From Antedon mediterranea (taxonomy: Eukaryota > Animalia > Echinodermata), in contig NC_092677.1 in assembly GCF_964355755.1 (NCBI RefSeq), positions 22,059,175 through 22,123,174 of the forward strand: a stretch of 64,000 nt of DNA, in the 5' to 3' direction. The notes below the pieces were generated by a model that was not told where the DNA came from, did no database searches, and was given only the letters and a program-made list of their open reading frames with translations. The position numbers and the translations under genes were made by a program. Positions 24,701 to 38,338 of this stretch are shown here, piece by piece (within the stretch, counting starts at the first letter, position 1; every line of letters begins with the position of its first letter).

Positions 24701-27085
24701 TCCACCTAGTTTTGAACTACAGACATTGACTCCGTTTTTACGTACAGACATCGACCCTGATTTTACATACAGAAATGTACCCCGATTTTACGTACAGACA
24801 TCGACCCCGATTTTACGTATAGACATCGACCTTGATTTAACGTACAGACATCGAACCCGTTTTTACGTGCAGACATCGATCCCGCTTTTACGTACATAAA
24901 TCGACCACGATTTTACGTACAGACATCGACCTAGTTTTGACGTACAGATATCTACCCCGTTTTGACGTACAGACATCGACACCAAATTTGCGCAAAGACA
25001 ACTACCCCGATTTCACGAATAGACATCGATCCCGTATTTACGTACAGACATCGATCCCGTATTTACTTACAGACATCGACCTTGTTTCTACGTTCAAACA
25101 TCGACCCCGATTTAACGTACATATATCGATCTCGATTTGACGTACATACATCGACTCCGATTTTACATACTGTACATACATTGACCCGATTTGACGTACA
25201 GTCATCGACTCCTATTTTACGTACATACATCGATCCCGATTTTACGTACATACGTCGATCCCTATTTTACGTACAGACATCGACCTAGTTTTGAACTACA
25301 GACATCGACATCGATCCTGATTTTACGTATAGACATGTACCCCGATTTTACGTACATACATCGACCCCGATTTTACGTACATACATTGACCCCGATTTTA
25401 GGTACAGACATCGACACCGATTTTACGTACATACATCGACCCCGATTTTAAGTAAGGTCATCGACCCAGTTTTTACGTACAGACATTAACCTCGATTTTA
25501 CGTACATACATCGACACCAATTTTACGTACATACATCGTCCCCGATTTGACATACAGACATCGACCCCGATTTCAGGTACAGACATCGACTTAGTTTTTA
25601 CGTACAGCATCGACCCTGATTTTACATACATTCATCGACCTAGTTTTGACGTACAGACATCGACCCCGATTTTATGTACAGACATCGAACTAGTTTTTAC
25701 GTACGTACAGACATCGACCTAGTTTGTACGTACAGACATCGGCCTAGTTTTTACGTACAGACATCGACCTAGTTTTTACGTACCGACATCAACCTCGATT
25801 TTACGTGCAGACATCGACCCCGATTTTACGTACAGACATCGAACTAGCTTTGAACTACAGACATCGACTGCCTATTTACGTACATACATCGACCCCGATT
25901 TTACGTACAGATATCGACCCAGTTTTTTCGTACAGACATCGACCTCATTTTTACGTACATACATCGACCTAGTTTTGAACTACAGACATCGACTCCGTTT
26001 TTACGTACAGACATCGACCCTGATTTTACATACAGAAATGTACCCCGATTTTACGTATAGACATCGACCCCGATTTTACGTATAGACATCGACCTTGATT
26101 TAACGTACAGACATCGAACCCGTTTTTACGTGCAGACATCGATCCCGCTTTTACGTACATAAATCGACCACGATTTAACGTCAAGACATCGACCCCGATT
26201 TTATGTACAGACATCGACAATGATTTTACATACAGACATCGACCTAGTTTTGACCTACAGACATCGACTTAGTTTTGAACTACAGACATCGACATCGGTT
26301 TTACGTACAGACATCGACACCGGTTTTACGTACAGATATCGACCCTAATTTTACATACAGACATCGACCTAGTTTTGACGTACAGACATCGACCCCGTCT
26401 TTACATACAGACATCGATCTTGTTTTTAACATACAGAGATCGACCTAGTTTTTACGTACCGACATCGACCCCTGATTGTACGTACAGACAGTGACCCCGA
26501 TTTTACATCGACCTAGTTTTGACGAACATATATCGACCCCGTTTTGACGTCTTTTACGCAAGACGTCGACCCCGATTTGACGTACAGACATCGACCCCGT
26601 ATTTACGTACAGACATTGACCTAGTTTTTACGTACATACATCAACTCCGTTTAACGTACCGACATTGACCCCGTTTTTACGTACAGACATCGACTCCGTT
26701 CTTACGTAAAGACATCGAACCCGATTTTACATCGACCTAGTTTTGACGGACATAATATGTCCGTCAAAACTAGGTCGACCCCGTTTTGACGTACAGACAT
26801 CGACACCGATTTTACGCTAGACGTCGACCCCGATTTGACGTACAGACATTGACCCCGTATTTACGTACAGACATCGACCTAGTTCTTACGTACATACATC
26901 GACTCCGTTTAACGTACCGACATCGACCCCGTTTTTACGTACAGACATCGACTCCGTTCTTACGTAAAGACATCGACCCCGATTTTACGTACAGACAGCG
27001 ACTCCGATTTTACGTATAGACATCGACCCCGTTTTGACGTACAGACATCGACACCGATTTTACGCAAAGACAACGACTCCGATTT
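12770..27085 (+). repeat. 25-bp satellite (SatA), long array with kb-scale internal duplications
   Basis: 25-bp periodicity, with identical variant strings recurring at offsets of 4766, 1880 and 1179 bp. Confidence 0.95.
26732..26778. repeat. Perfect palindrome, 23-bp arms with 1-nt centre
   Basis: TCGACCTAGTTTTGACGGACATA-A-TATGTCCGTCAAAACTAGGTCGA. Confidence 0.95.
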
Positions 27086-27390
27086 CTCACACAAAACATC
27101 AAAGTGTACAGAATAGCTTTAAATCGCATTTGGAGACGTTTTAGACCATTTTGTCATTTTCGAAAAAACATGTTAACATAAAAACATCAAAGTGTACAGA
27201 ATAGCTTCAAATCGCATTTGAAGACGTTTTAGACCATTTTGTGCATTTCGATGAAACTTGGTTACACAAAAACATCAAAATGCTTAAAATCACATTAGAA
27301 ACCGTTTTAGACCATTTTGAGCATTTCGATAAAACTTTTCACACAAAAACATCAAAGTGCACAAAATAGCTTAATATGGTATTAAAAAAA
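27086..27390 (+). repeat. SatB short block, copy 2
   Basis: Near-identical to 117-421. Confidence 0.93.
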
Positions 27391-28930
27391 CCTCGATTTT
27401 ACGTACATACATCGACACCAATTTTACGTACATACATCGACCCCGATTTGACATACAGACATCGACCCCGATTTTACGTACAGACATCGACCCCGATTTT
27501 AGGTACAGACATCGACTTAGTTTTTACGTACAGCATCGACCCTGATTTTACATACATTCATCGACCTAGTTTTGACGTACAGACATCGACCTAGTTTGTA
27601 CGTACAGACATCGGCCTAGTTTCTACGTACATACATTGACCTAGTTTTTTACGTACCGACATCGACCTCGATTTTACGTGCAGACATCGACCCCAATTTT
27701 ACGTACAGACATCAAACTAGCTTTGAACTACAGACATCGACTGCCTTTTTACGTATATACATCGACCCCGATTTTACGTACAAATATCGACCCAGTTTTT
27801 TCGTACAGACATCGACCTCATTTTTACGTACAGACATCGACCTAGTTTTGAACTACAGACATCGACTCCGTTTTTACGTACAGACATCGACCCTGATTTT
27901 ACATACAGAAATGTACCCCAATTTTACGTACAGACATCCACCCCGATTTTACGTATAGACATCGACCTTGATTTAACGTACAGACATCGAACCCGTTTTA
28001 CGTGCAGACATCGATCCCGCTTTTTACGTACATATATCGACCACGATTTAACGTAGAGACATCGACCCCGATTTTATGTACAGACATCGACAATGATTTT
28101 ACATACAGACATCGACCAAGTTTTGACCTACAGACATCGACTTAGTTTTGACAAACAGACATTGACATCGGTTTGACGTACAGACATCGACACCGGTTTT
28201 ACGTACAGATATCGATCCTAATTTTACATACAGACATCGACCTAGTTTTGACGTACAGACATCGACCCCGTCTTTACATACAGACATCGATCTTGTTTTT
28301 TACGTACAGAGATCGACCTAGTTTTTACGTACCGACATCGACCCCTGATTTTACGTACAGACAGTGACCCCGATTTTACATCGACCTAGTTTTGACGGAC
28401 ATATATCGACCCCGTTTTGACGTACAGACATCGACACCGATTTTACGCAAGACGTCGACCCGTATTTACGTACAGACATCGACCCCGTATTTACGTACAG
28501 ACATCGACCTAGTTTTTACGTACATACATCGACTCCGTTTAACGTACCGACATCGACCCCGTTTTTACGTACAGACATCGACTCCGTTCTTACGTAAAGA
28601 CATCGACCCCGATTTTACATCGACCTAGTTTTGACGGACATATATCGACCCCGTTTTGACGTACAGACATCAACACCGATTTTACGCAAGACGTCGACCC
28701 CGATTTGACGTACAGACATCGACCCCGTATTTACGTACAGACATCGACCTAGTTTTTACGTACATACATCGACTCCGTTTAACGTACCGACATCGACCCC
28801 GTTTTTACGTACAGACATCGACTCCGTTCTTACGTAAAGACATCGACCCCGATTTTACGTACAGACAGCGACTCCGATTTTACGTACAGACATCGACCCG
28901 TTTTGACGTACAGACAACGACCCCGATTTC
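27391..28930 (+). repeat. SatA short array, copy 2
   Basis: Matches 422-2015 but is 54 bp shorter. Confidence 0.93.
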
Positions 28931-29955
28931 TCACACAAAACATCAAAGTGTACAGAATAGCTTTAAATCGCATTTGGAGACGTTTTAGACCATTTTGTGA
29001 TTTTCTAAAAAACATGTTAACATAAAAACATCAAAGTGTACAGAATAGCTTCAAATCGCATTTGGAGACGTTTTAGACCATTTTGTGCATTTCGATGAAA
29101 CTTGGTTACACAAAAACATCAAAATGCTTAAAATCACATTAGAAACCGTTTTAGAACATTTTTAGCATTTCGATAAAACTTTTCACACAAAAACATCAAA
29201 GTGAACAAAATAGCTTAATATGGTATTTAAAAACGTTTTAGATCTTTTTAAGCACTTCGACAAAACTTTTTCACACAAAACATCAAAGTGTACAGAATAG
29301 CTTCAAATCGCATTTGTAGACGTTTTAGACCATTTTGTGCATTTCGAAAAACTTGTTAACATAAAAACACCAAAGTGCTTAGAATAGCTTCAAATCGCAT
29401 TTGGAGACGTCTTAGACCATTTTATGCATTTCGATGAAACTTGGTTACACAAAAACATCAAAGTGCTTAACATCACATTAGAAACCGTTTTAGACCATTT
29501 TGAGCATTTCGATAAAACTTTTCACACAAAAACATCAAAGAGCACAAAATAGCTTAATATGGTATTTGAAAACGTTTTAGACCATTTTGAGCATTTCAAT
29601 AAAACTTTTTCAAACAAAACATCAAAGTGTACAGAATAGATTCAAATCGCATTTGAAGACGTTTTAGACCATTTTGTGCATTTCGAAAAAAACTTGTTAA
29701 CATAAAAACACCAAAGTGCCTAGAATAGCTTCAAATAGCATTTTGAGACGTTTTAGACCATTTTGTGGTTTTCGAAAGAACTTGTTAACATAAAAACACC
29801 AAAGTGCTAAGGATACCTTCAAATCGCATTTGGAGACGTTTTAGACAATGTTGTGCATTTCGATGAAACTTGGTTACAAAAAAACATCAAAGTGCTAAAA
29901 TCACATTAGAAACCGATTTAGACCATTTTGAGCATTTTGATGAAACTTTTCACAT
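28931..29955 (+). repeat. SatB long block, copy 2
   Basis: Colinear with 2016-3040 (offset 26915). Confidence 0.93.
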
Positions 29956-32900
29956 AATAATTTTTTAATTTTATAGAATGGAAATTTTGACCATTTTTAG
30001 AAAAAAAATCCTATGGTCCCCAGCAGCGAAATTTTCAAAAAATCGCCAAATTTCGACCCTTTTATTTTTTGACATAACTAGATACGATGGCTCTATAAGA
30101 TGATGCTAACCCAATATATTTGCATAAATGCCAATATTATAGCATAATTATTGAATTTTAAAAAGTGGAAATTTTGACAATTTTTCGAAAAAATTCCTTC
30201 CGCAGGGAAATTTTCGCAAAAATGGCCAAATTTCAAACCTTTTATTTTTTGACATAACTAGTTACTATGGCTCTATAAAATAATGTTAGCACAATATATT
30301 TGCAAAAATGGCAATATTATAGCATAATTTTTGAATTTTAAAAAGTGGAAATTGTTTCCATTTTTCAATAAAATTCCACTGGTCCCCCGCAGAAAAAATT
30401 TTCGAAAATTGCCGAATTTCGACACTTTTATATTTTGATGTAACTAGTTACTATGGCTCTATAAGATGATGTCAACACAATAAATGTGCATAAATGGCAA
30501 TATTACAGCATAATTATTGAATTTTAAAAAGTGGAAAATTTTTCCATTTTTCGACCCTTTTGTTTTTTTACATAACTAATTACGATGGCTCTATAAGATG
30601 ATGTTAACACAACATATGTGCATAAATGGCAATATAATAGCATAATTTTTGAATTTCAAAAAGTGGAAATTTTGGCAATTTTTCGAAAAAATTCCTATGG
30701 TCCCCCGCAGCTAAATTTTCAAAAATTTGCCAAATTTCGCCCTTTTATTTTTTGACATAACTAGTTACTATGGCTCTATAAGATGATGTTAGCACAATAT
30801 ATTTGCATAAATGCCAATATAATAGCATAATTATTGAATTTTAAACAATGGAAATTTTGACCATTTTTCGAAAAAAAAATCCTATGGTCCCCCGCAGCGA
30901 AATTTTCCAAAAATTGCTAAATTTCGACCGTTTTATTTGTTGACATAACTAGTTACGATGGCTCTATAAGATGATGCTAACACAATATATTTGCATAAAT
31001 GCCAATATAATAGCATAATTATTGAATTTTAAAAAGAGGAAATTTTGGACATTTTTCGAAAAAATTCCTATGGTCCCCCGCAGGGAAATTTTCGCAAAAA
31101 TGGCAAAATTTCAAACCTTTTATTTTTTTACATAACTAGTTACAATGGCTCTATAAGATGATGCTAACCCAATATATTTGTATAGATGCCAATATTATAG
31201 CATAATTATTGAATTTTAAAAAGTGGAAATTTTGTCAATTTTTCGAAAAAATTTCCTATGGTCCCCCGCAGGGAAATTTTCGCAAAAATGGCAAAATGTC
31301 AACACTTTTATTTTTTGACATAACTAGTTACTATGGCTCTATAAGATGATGTTAGCACAATATATTTGCATAATTGGCAATATTATAGCATACTTTTTTA
31401 ATTTTAAACAATGGAAATTTTGACAATTTTTCGAAAAAAAAATCTTATGGTACCCCGCAGCGAAATTTTAGAAAAATCGCCAAATTTCGACCCTTTTATT
31501 TCTTGAGATAACTAGTTACGATGGCTCTATAAGATGATGCTAACACAATATATTTGCATAAATGCCAATATAATAGCATAATTATTGAATTTTAAAAAGT
31601 GGAAATTTTGGCCATTTTTCGAAAAAATTCCTATGGTCCCCCGTAGGGAAATTTTCGCAAAAATGGCCAAATTTCAAACCTTTTATTTTTTGACAAAACT
31701 AGTTACTATGGCTCTATAAGATGATGTTAGCACAATATATTTGCATAAATGGCAATATTATATAGGATATTTTTTTAATTTTAAACAATGGAAATTTTGA
31801 CCATTTTTCGAAAAAAAAATCCTATGGTACCCCGCAGCGAAATTTTTGAAAAATCGCCAAATTTCGACCCTTTTATTTTTTGAGATAACTAGTTACGATG
31901 GCTCTATAAGATGATGCTAACACAATATATTTGCATAAATGCCAATATAATAGCATAATTACTGAATTTTAAAAAGTGGAAATTTTGGCTTTTTTCGAAA
32001 AAATTCCTATGGTCCCCCGTAGGGAAATTTTCGCAAAAATGGCCAAATTTCAAACCTTTTATTTTTTGACAAAACTAGTTACTATGGCTCTATAAGATGA
32101 TGTTAGCACAATATATTTGCATAAATGGCAATATTATATAGGATATTTTTTTAATTTTAAACAATGGAAATTTTGACCATTTTTCGAAAAAAAAATCCTA
32201 TGGTCCCCCGCAGCAAAATTTTACAAAAATTGCTAAATTTCGATCCTTTTATTTGTTGACATAACTAGTTACGATGGCTCTATAAGATGATGCTAACACA
32301 ATATATTTGCATAAATGCCAATATAATAGCATAATTATTGAATTTTAAAAAGAGGAAATTTTGGACATTTTTCGAAAAAATTCCTATGGTCCCCCGCAGG
32401 GAAATTTTCGCAAAAATGGCAAAATTTCAAACCTTTTATTTTTTTACATAACTAGTTACAATGGCTCTATAAGATGATGCTAACCCAATATATTTGTATA
32501 AATGCCAATATTATAGCATAATTATTGAATTTTAAAAAGTGGAAATTTTGTCAATTTTTCGAAAAAATTTCCTATGGTCCCCCGCAGGGAAATTTTCGCA
32601 AAAATGGCAAAATGTCAACACTTTTATTTTTTGACATAACTAGTTACTATGGCTCTATAAGATGATGTTAGCACAATATATTTGCATAATTGGCAATATT
32701 ATAGCATACTTTTTTAATTTTAAACAATGGAAATTTTGACAATTTTTCGAAAAAAAAATCTTATGGTACCCCGCAGCGAAATTTTTGAAAAATCGCCAAA
32801 TTTCGACCCTTTTATTTCTTGAGATAACTAGTTACGATGGCTCTATAAGATGATGCTAACACAATATATTTGCATAAATGCCAATATAATAGCATAATTA

Positions 32901-35069
32901 TTGAATTTTAAAAAGTGGAAATTTTGGCCATTTTTCGAAAAAATTCCTATGGTCCCCCGTAGGGAAATTTTCGCAAAAATGGCCAAATTTCAAACCTTTT
33001 ATTTTTTGACAAAACTAGTTACTATGGCTCTATAAGATGATGTTAGCACAATATATTTGCATAAATGGCAATATTATATAGGATATTTTTTTAATTTTAA
33101 ACAATGGAAATTTTGACCATTTTTCGAAAAAAAAATCCTATGGTACCCCGCAGCGAAATTTTTGAAAAATCGCCAAATTTCGACCCTTTTATTTTTTTAG
33201 ATAACTAGTTACGATGGTTCTATAAGATGATGCTAACACAATATATTTGCATAAATGCCAATATAATAGCATAATTATTGAATTTTAAAAAGTGGAAATT
33301 TTGGACATTTTTCGAAAAAATTCCTATGGTCCCCCGTAGGGAAATTTTCGCAAAAATGGCCAAATTTCAAACCTTTTATTTTTTGACAAAACTAGTTACT
33401 ATGGCTCTATAAGATGATGTTAGCACAATATATTTGCATAAATGGCAATATTATATAGGATATTTTTTTAATTTTAAACAATGGAAATTTTGACCATTTT
33501 TCGAAAAAAAAATCCTATGGTCCCCCGCAGCAAAATTTTACAAAAATTTCTAAATTTCGATCCTTTTATTTGTTGACATAACTAGTTACGATGGCTCTAT
33601 AAGATGATGCTAACACAATATATTTGCATAAATGCCAATATAATAGCATAATTATTGAATTTTAAAAAGAGGAAATTTTGGACATTTTCCAAAAAAATTT
33701 CTATAGTCCCCCGCAGGGAAATTTTCGCAAAAATGGCAAAATTTCAAACCTTTTATTTTTTGACATAACTAGTTACAATGGCTCTATAAGATGATGCTAA
33801 CCCAATATATTTGTATAAATGTCAATATTATAGCATAATTATTGAATTTTAAAAAGTGGAAATTTTGACCATTTTTCGAAAACATTCCTATGGTCCCCCG
33901 CAGGGAAATTTTCGGAAAAATGGCCAAATTTCAAACCTTTTATTTTTTGACATAACTAGTTTCTATGGCTCTATAAAATAATGTTAGCACAATATATTTG
34001 CAAAAATGGCAATATTATAGCATAATTTTTGAATTTTAAAAAGTGGAAATTGTTTCCATTTTTCAATAAAATTCTGATGGTCCTCCGCAGACAATTTTTT
34101 CGAAAATTGCCGAATTTCGACACTTTAATTTTTTGATGTAACTAGTTACTATAGCTCTATAAGATGATGTTAACACAATATATGTGCATATATATTGAAT
34201 TTTAAAAAGTGGAAAATTTTTACATTTTTCGACCCTTTTGTTTTTTGACATAACTAGTTGCTATGGCTCTATAAGATGATGTTAGCACAATATATGTGCA
34301 TAAATGGCAATATTATAACATAATTTTGGAATTTTCGAAAGTGGAAATTTTGACCATTTTTGAAAAAAATTTCTATGGTCCCCCGCAGGAAAATTTTCGA
34401 AAAATGGCCAAATTTCGACCCTTTTATTTTTTTATATAACTAGTAACTATGGCTCTGTAAGATGATGTTAGCACAATATATTTGCATAAATGGCAATATT
34501 ATAGCATAATTTTCGAATTTTAGAAATTGGAAATTTTCTCCATTTTTCGAAAAAATTCCTATGGTCCCCGCAGGAAAATTTTCGAAAAAATGCCAAAGTT
34601 CAAGCCTTTTATTTTATATAATTTCTTACTATGGCTCTATAAGATGATGTTAGCAAAATATATCTGTATAAATAGAAATATTATAGCATAATTATTTAAT
34701 TTTTAAAGTGGCAAATGTTGCCATTTTTCGACCCTTTTATTTTTTTGACATTACTAGTTACGATGGCTCTATAAGATAATGTTAACACAATATATGTGCA
34801 TAAATGGCAATATTATAGCCTAATTATTGAATTTTAAAAGGTGGAAATTTTGACCATTTTTCGAAAAAAAATTCCTATGGTCCCCCGCAGGAAAATTTTT
34901 CGAAAAATGGCCAAATTTCGACCCTTTTATTTGTTGACATAACTAGTTACTATGGCTCTATAAGATGATGTTAAGCATAATTTTTTAATTTTAAAGAATG
35001 GAAATTTTGACCATTTTTTGAAAAAAAAGTCCTATGGTCCCCGTAGGAAAATTTTCGAACAATTGCCAA
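29956..35069 (+). repeat. SatC ~187-bp satellite, copy 2
   Basis: Colinear with 3041-8156. Confidence 0.95.
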
Positions 35070-35585
35070 CAGCGGGTGTTTCAGAAGGTCAGAATATAAC
35101 GTGCAACGCTAGTGTTTTAAAGTAACAGAAAAACACAGAAAAACTCACGAAACAGTCAAACACCAGTCAAATTAACTACAGCACAGTCTTAAACAGATCA
35201 TAAACATCAAAGTTTGTAGTTAGACCAGATTCAGCTCAGTCGAAAACAAGGAAAAATAGTGAAGTACAGAGCTCGAACAAAACACGTCCGTTCTCGACCA
35301 CAGTTCGTTTTACATATATTATCTATATTTAGTCATCTGATAACATTTTTTTTACCACGCCGTTTTTAATAGTTTTTTAAAATGCCTCTCTATTTACAAC
35401 ATTTGTGTACAAAAGAATAAAGATTTTATTGTGTAATTTGAACTATAAGAAAGTGCTTATTTTCAACAAGCTTGTGTAACACAAATAAAATTCTAAAAAA
35501 TATGAAACATAGGGGAAGCTATAGATCGATAATTATTGGAATGTATGATCAATAGAAATTTTTTGCCCCCACCTGGCCTTTAAAC
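35070..35585. other. Non-repetitive spacer, copy 2
   Basis: Matches 8157-8684 but lacks 12 bp after 35446. Confidence 0.9.
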
Positions 35586-35703
35586 ACGGGGAGATATCTG
35601 CACTTAAAACGGGGAGATATCTGTACTTAAAAACGGAGAGATATGTGTACTTAAAAACGGGGAGATATCTTTACTTAAAAACGGAGAATATCTGTACTTA
35701 AAA
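35586..35703 (-). repeat. Five inverted 24-bp SatA-like repeats, copy 2
   Basis: Same as 8685-8802. Confidence 0.88.
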
Positions 35704-38338
35704 TCCCTATCCCTATTTTACGTACATACATCGACCCCAATTTTACGTACAGACATCGACCCCGATTTTACGTACAGACATCGACCCGATTTTACGTACA
35801 GTAATCGACCCAGTTTTTACGTACAGACATCAACCTTGATTTTACGTACCGACATCGATCCCTATTTTACGTACATACATCGACCCCGATTTTTCGTACA
35901 TACATCGACCCGTATTTATTAACAGACATCGACCTAGTTTTTACGTACAGACATCGACCCCGATTTTACATACAGACATCGACCCCGATTTTACGTACAG
36001 ACATCGACCTAGTTTTGACGTACAGAAATCGACCGCTTTCTGACGTACAGACATCGACACCGATTTTACATAAAGACATCGACCCCGATTTCACGTACAG
36101 ACATCGACCACGTTTTTACGTACTGACATCGACCCCGATTTAACATAGAGACATCGATCCCGATTTTAAGTACATACATCGACTCCGTTTAACGTACATA
36201 CATCGACCCCGACTTTACGTCCACACATCGACCCAGTTTTTACGTACAGACAGCGACACCGTTTGACGTACCGACATCAACCTCGATTTTACGTACAGAC
36301 ATCGACCCCGATTTAACGTACATACAGCGACACCGTTTGACGTACCGAAAACAACCTCGATTTTACATACAGACATCGACCCTGATTTTACGTACATACA
36401 TCGACCCCGATTTTACGTACAGACATTGACCTCGATTTTACGTACATGCATCGACCCTGATTTTACGTAAAGTCATCGACCCCGATTTTATGTACAGACA
36501 TCGACCCCGATTTTACGTACATACATTGACCTCGAATTTACGTACATGCATCGACCCTGATTTTACGTACAGACATCGACCTCGATTTTACGTACAGTCA
36601 TCGACCCCAAGTTTATGTACAGACATCGACCTAGTTTTTACGTACAGACATCGACTCTGTTTTTACGTACAGATATCGACCTAATTTTTACGTACCGACA
36701 TCGACCTCGATTTTTCGTACAGACATTGACCCCGTTTTTACATAGAGACATCGACCCCGATTTTACGTACAGAAATCGACCCTGTTTTTACGTACAGACA
36801 TCGACCTAGTTTTTACGTACCGACATCGACCTCGATTTTACGTACAGACATCGACCCCGATTTTACGTACAGACATCGACCTAGTTTTGACGTACAGAAA
36901 TCGACCGCTTTCTGACGTACAGACATCGACACCGATTTTACATAAAGACATCGACCCCGATTTTACGTACAGACATCGACCACGTTTTTACGTACTGACA
37001 TCGACCCCAATTTGCCATAGAGACATCGATCCCGATTTTAAGTACATACATCGACTCCGTTTAACGTACATACATCGACTCCGACTTTACTTCCACACAT
37101 CGAACCAGTTTTGACGTACAGACAGCGACACCGTTTGACGTACCGACATCAACCTCGATTTTACGTACAGACATCGACCCCGATTTTACGTACATACAGC
37201 GACACCGTTTGACATACCGACAACAACCTCGATTTTACATACAGACATCGACCCCGATTTTACGTACATACATTGACCCCGATTTTACGTACAGACATTG
37301 ACATCGATTTTACGTACATGCATCGACCTCGAATTTACGTACATGCATCGACCCTGATTTTACGTACAGACATCGACCTCGATTTTACGTACAGTCATCG
37401 ACCCCAAGTTTATGTACAGACATCGACCTAGTTTTTACGTACAGACATCGACTCTGTTTTTACGTACAGATATCGACCTAATTTTTACGTACCGACATCG
37501 ACCTCGATTTTACGTACAGAAATCGACCCTGATTTTACGTACAGACATCAACCTAGTTTTGACGTACAGACATCGACACAGATTTTACGCAAAGACATCG
37601 ACCCCGATTTCACGTACAGACATCGACCTAGTTTTTACGTACAGACATCGACACAGTTTTTACGTAGAGACAGCGACACCGTTTTACGTACCGATTACGA
37701 CCCCGATTTTACGTACAGAAATCGAAATAGTTTTTAGGTACAGACATCGACACCGATTTTACGTACAGACATCGACCCCGATTTTACGTACAGACATCAA
37801 CCTCCATAGTTTTTACATACAAACATCGACCCTGATTTTACATACAGGCATCGACCTAGTTTTGACGTACAGACATAGACCCCGTTTTTACTTACACATA
37901 ATACATCGACCTCGTTTTTACGTATAGACATCGACCCCGATTGTAAGTGCAGACATCGAACCCGTTTTTACGTACAGGTATCGACAATGATTTTACGTAC
38001 AGACATCGACCTAGTTTTGAACTACAGACATCGACCACGTTTTTACGTACAGACATCGACCCTGATTTTACGTACAGACATGTACCTCGATTTTACGTAC
38101 ATAAATCGACCACAAATCAACGTAGAGACATCGACCCCAATTTTACATACAGACATCGACAATGATTTTACGTACAGAAATCGACCTTGTTTTGACGTAC
38201 ATACATCGACCTAGTTTTCTCGTACAGACATCGACCCCGTTTTTACATACAGACATATATCTAGTTTTTTACGTACAGAGATCGACCTAGTTTTTACGCA
38301 AGACATCGACCCCGATTTAACGTACAGACATCGACCCC
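35704..38338 (+). repeat. SatA long array left of LINE, copy 2
   Basis: 25-bp periodicity, 75 bp shorter than copy 1. Confidence 0.95.

Larger units (their letters stand above)
117..27085. repeat. Composite macro-repeat unit 1 (~26.97 kb)
   Basis: The junction GATTTCTCACACAAAACATC recurs at 112, 27081 and 56132, each time followed by the same order of sub-arrays. Confidence 0.95.

Noticed and set aside
8803-27085. CRISPR-like array
   Set aside because: The repeats are directly adjacent with no unique spacers, there are no cas genes, and the context includes a eukaryotic LINE.
8803-27085. Yeast-type long telomeric repeat (the minus strand GATGTCT core resembles Candida repeats)
   Set aside because: The similarity is only a few bases. 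The array is internal, degenerate and patterned by duplication rather than templated addition.
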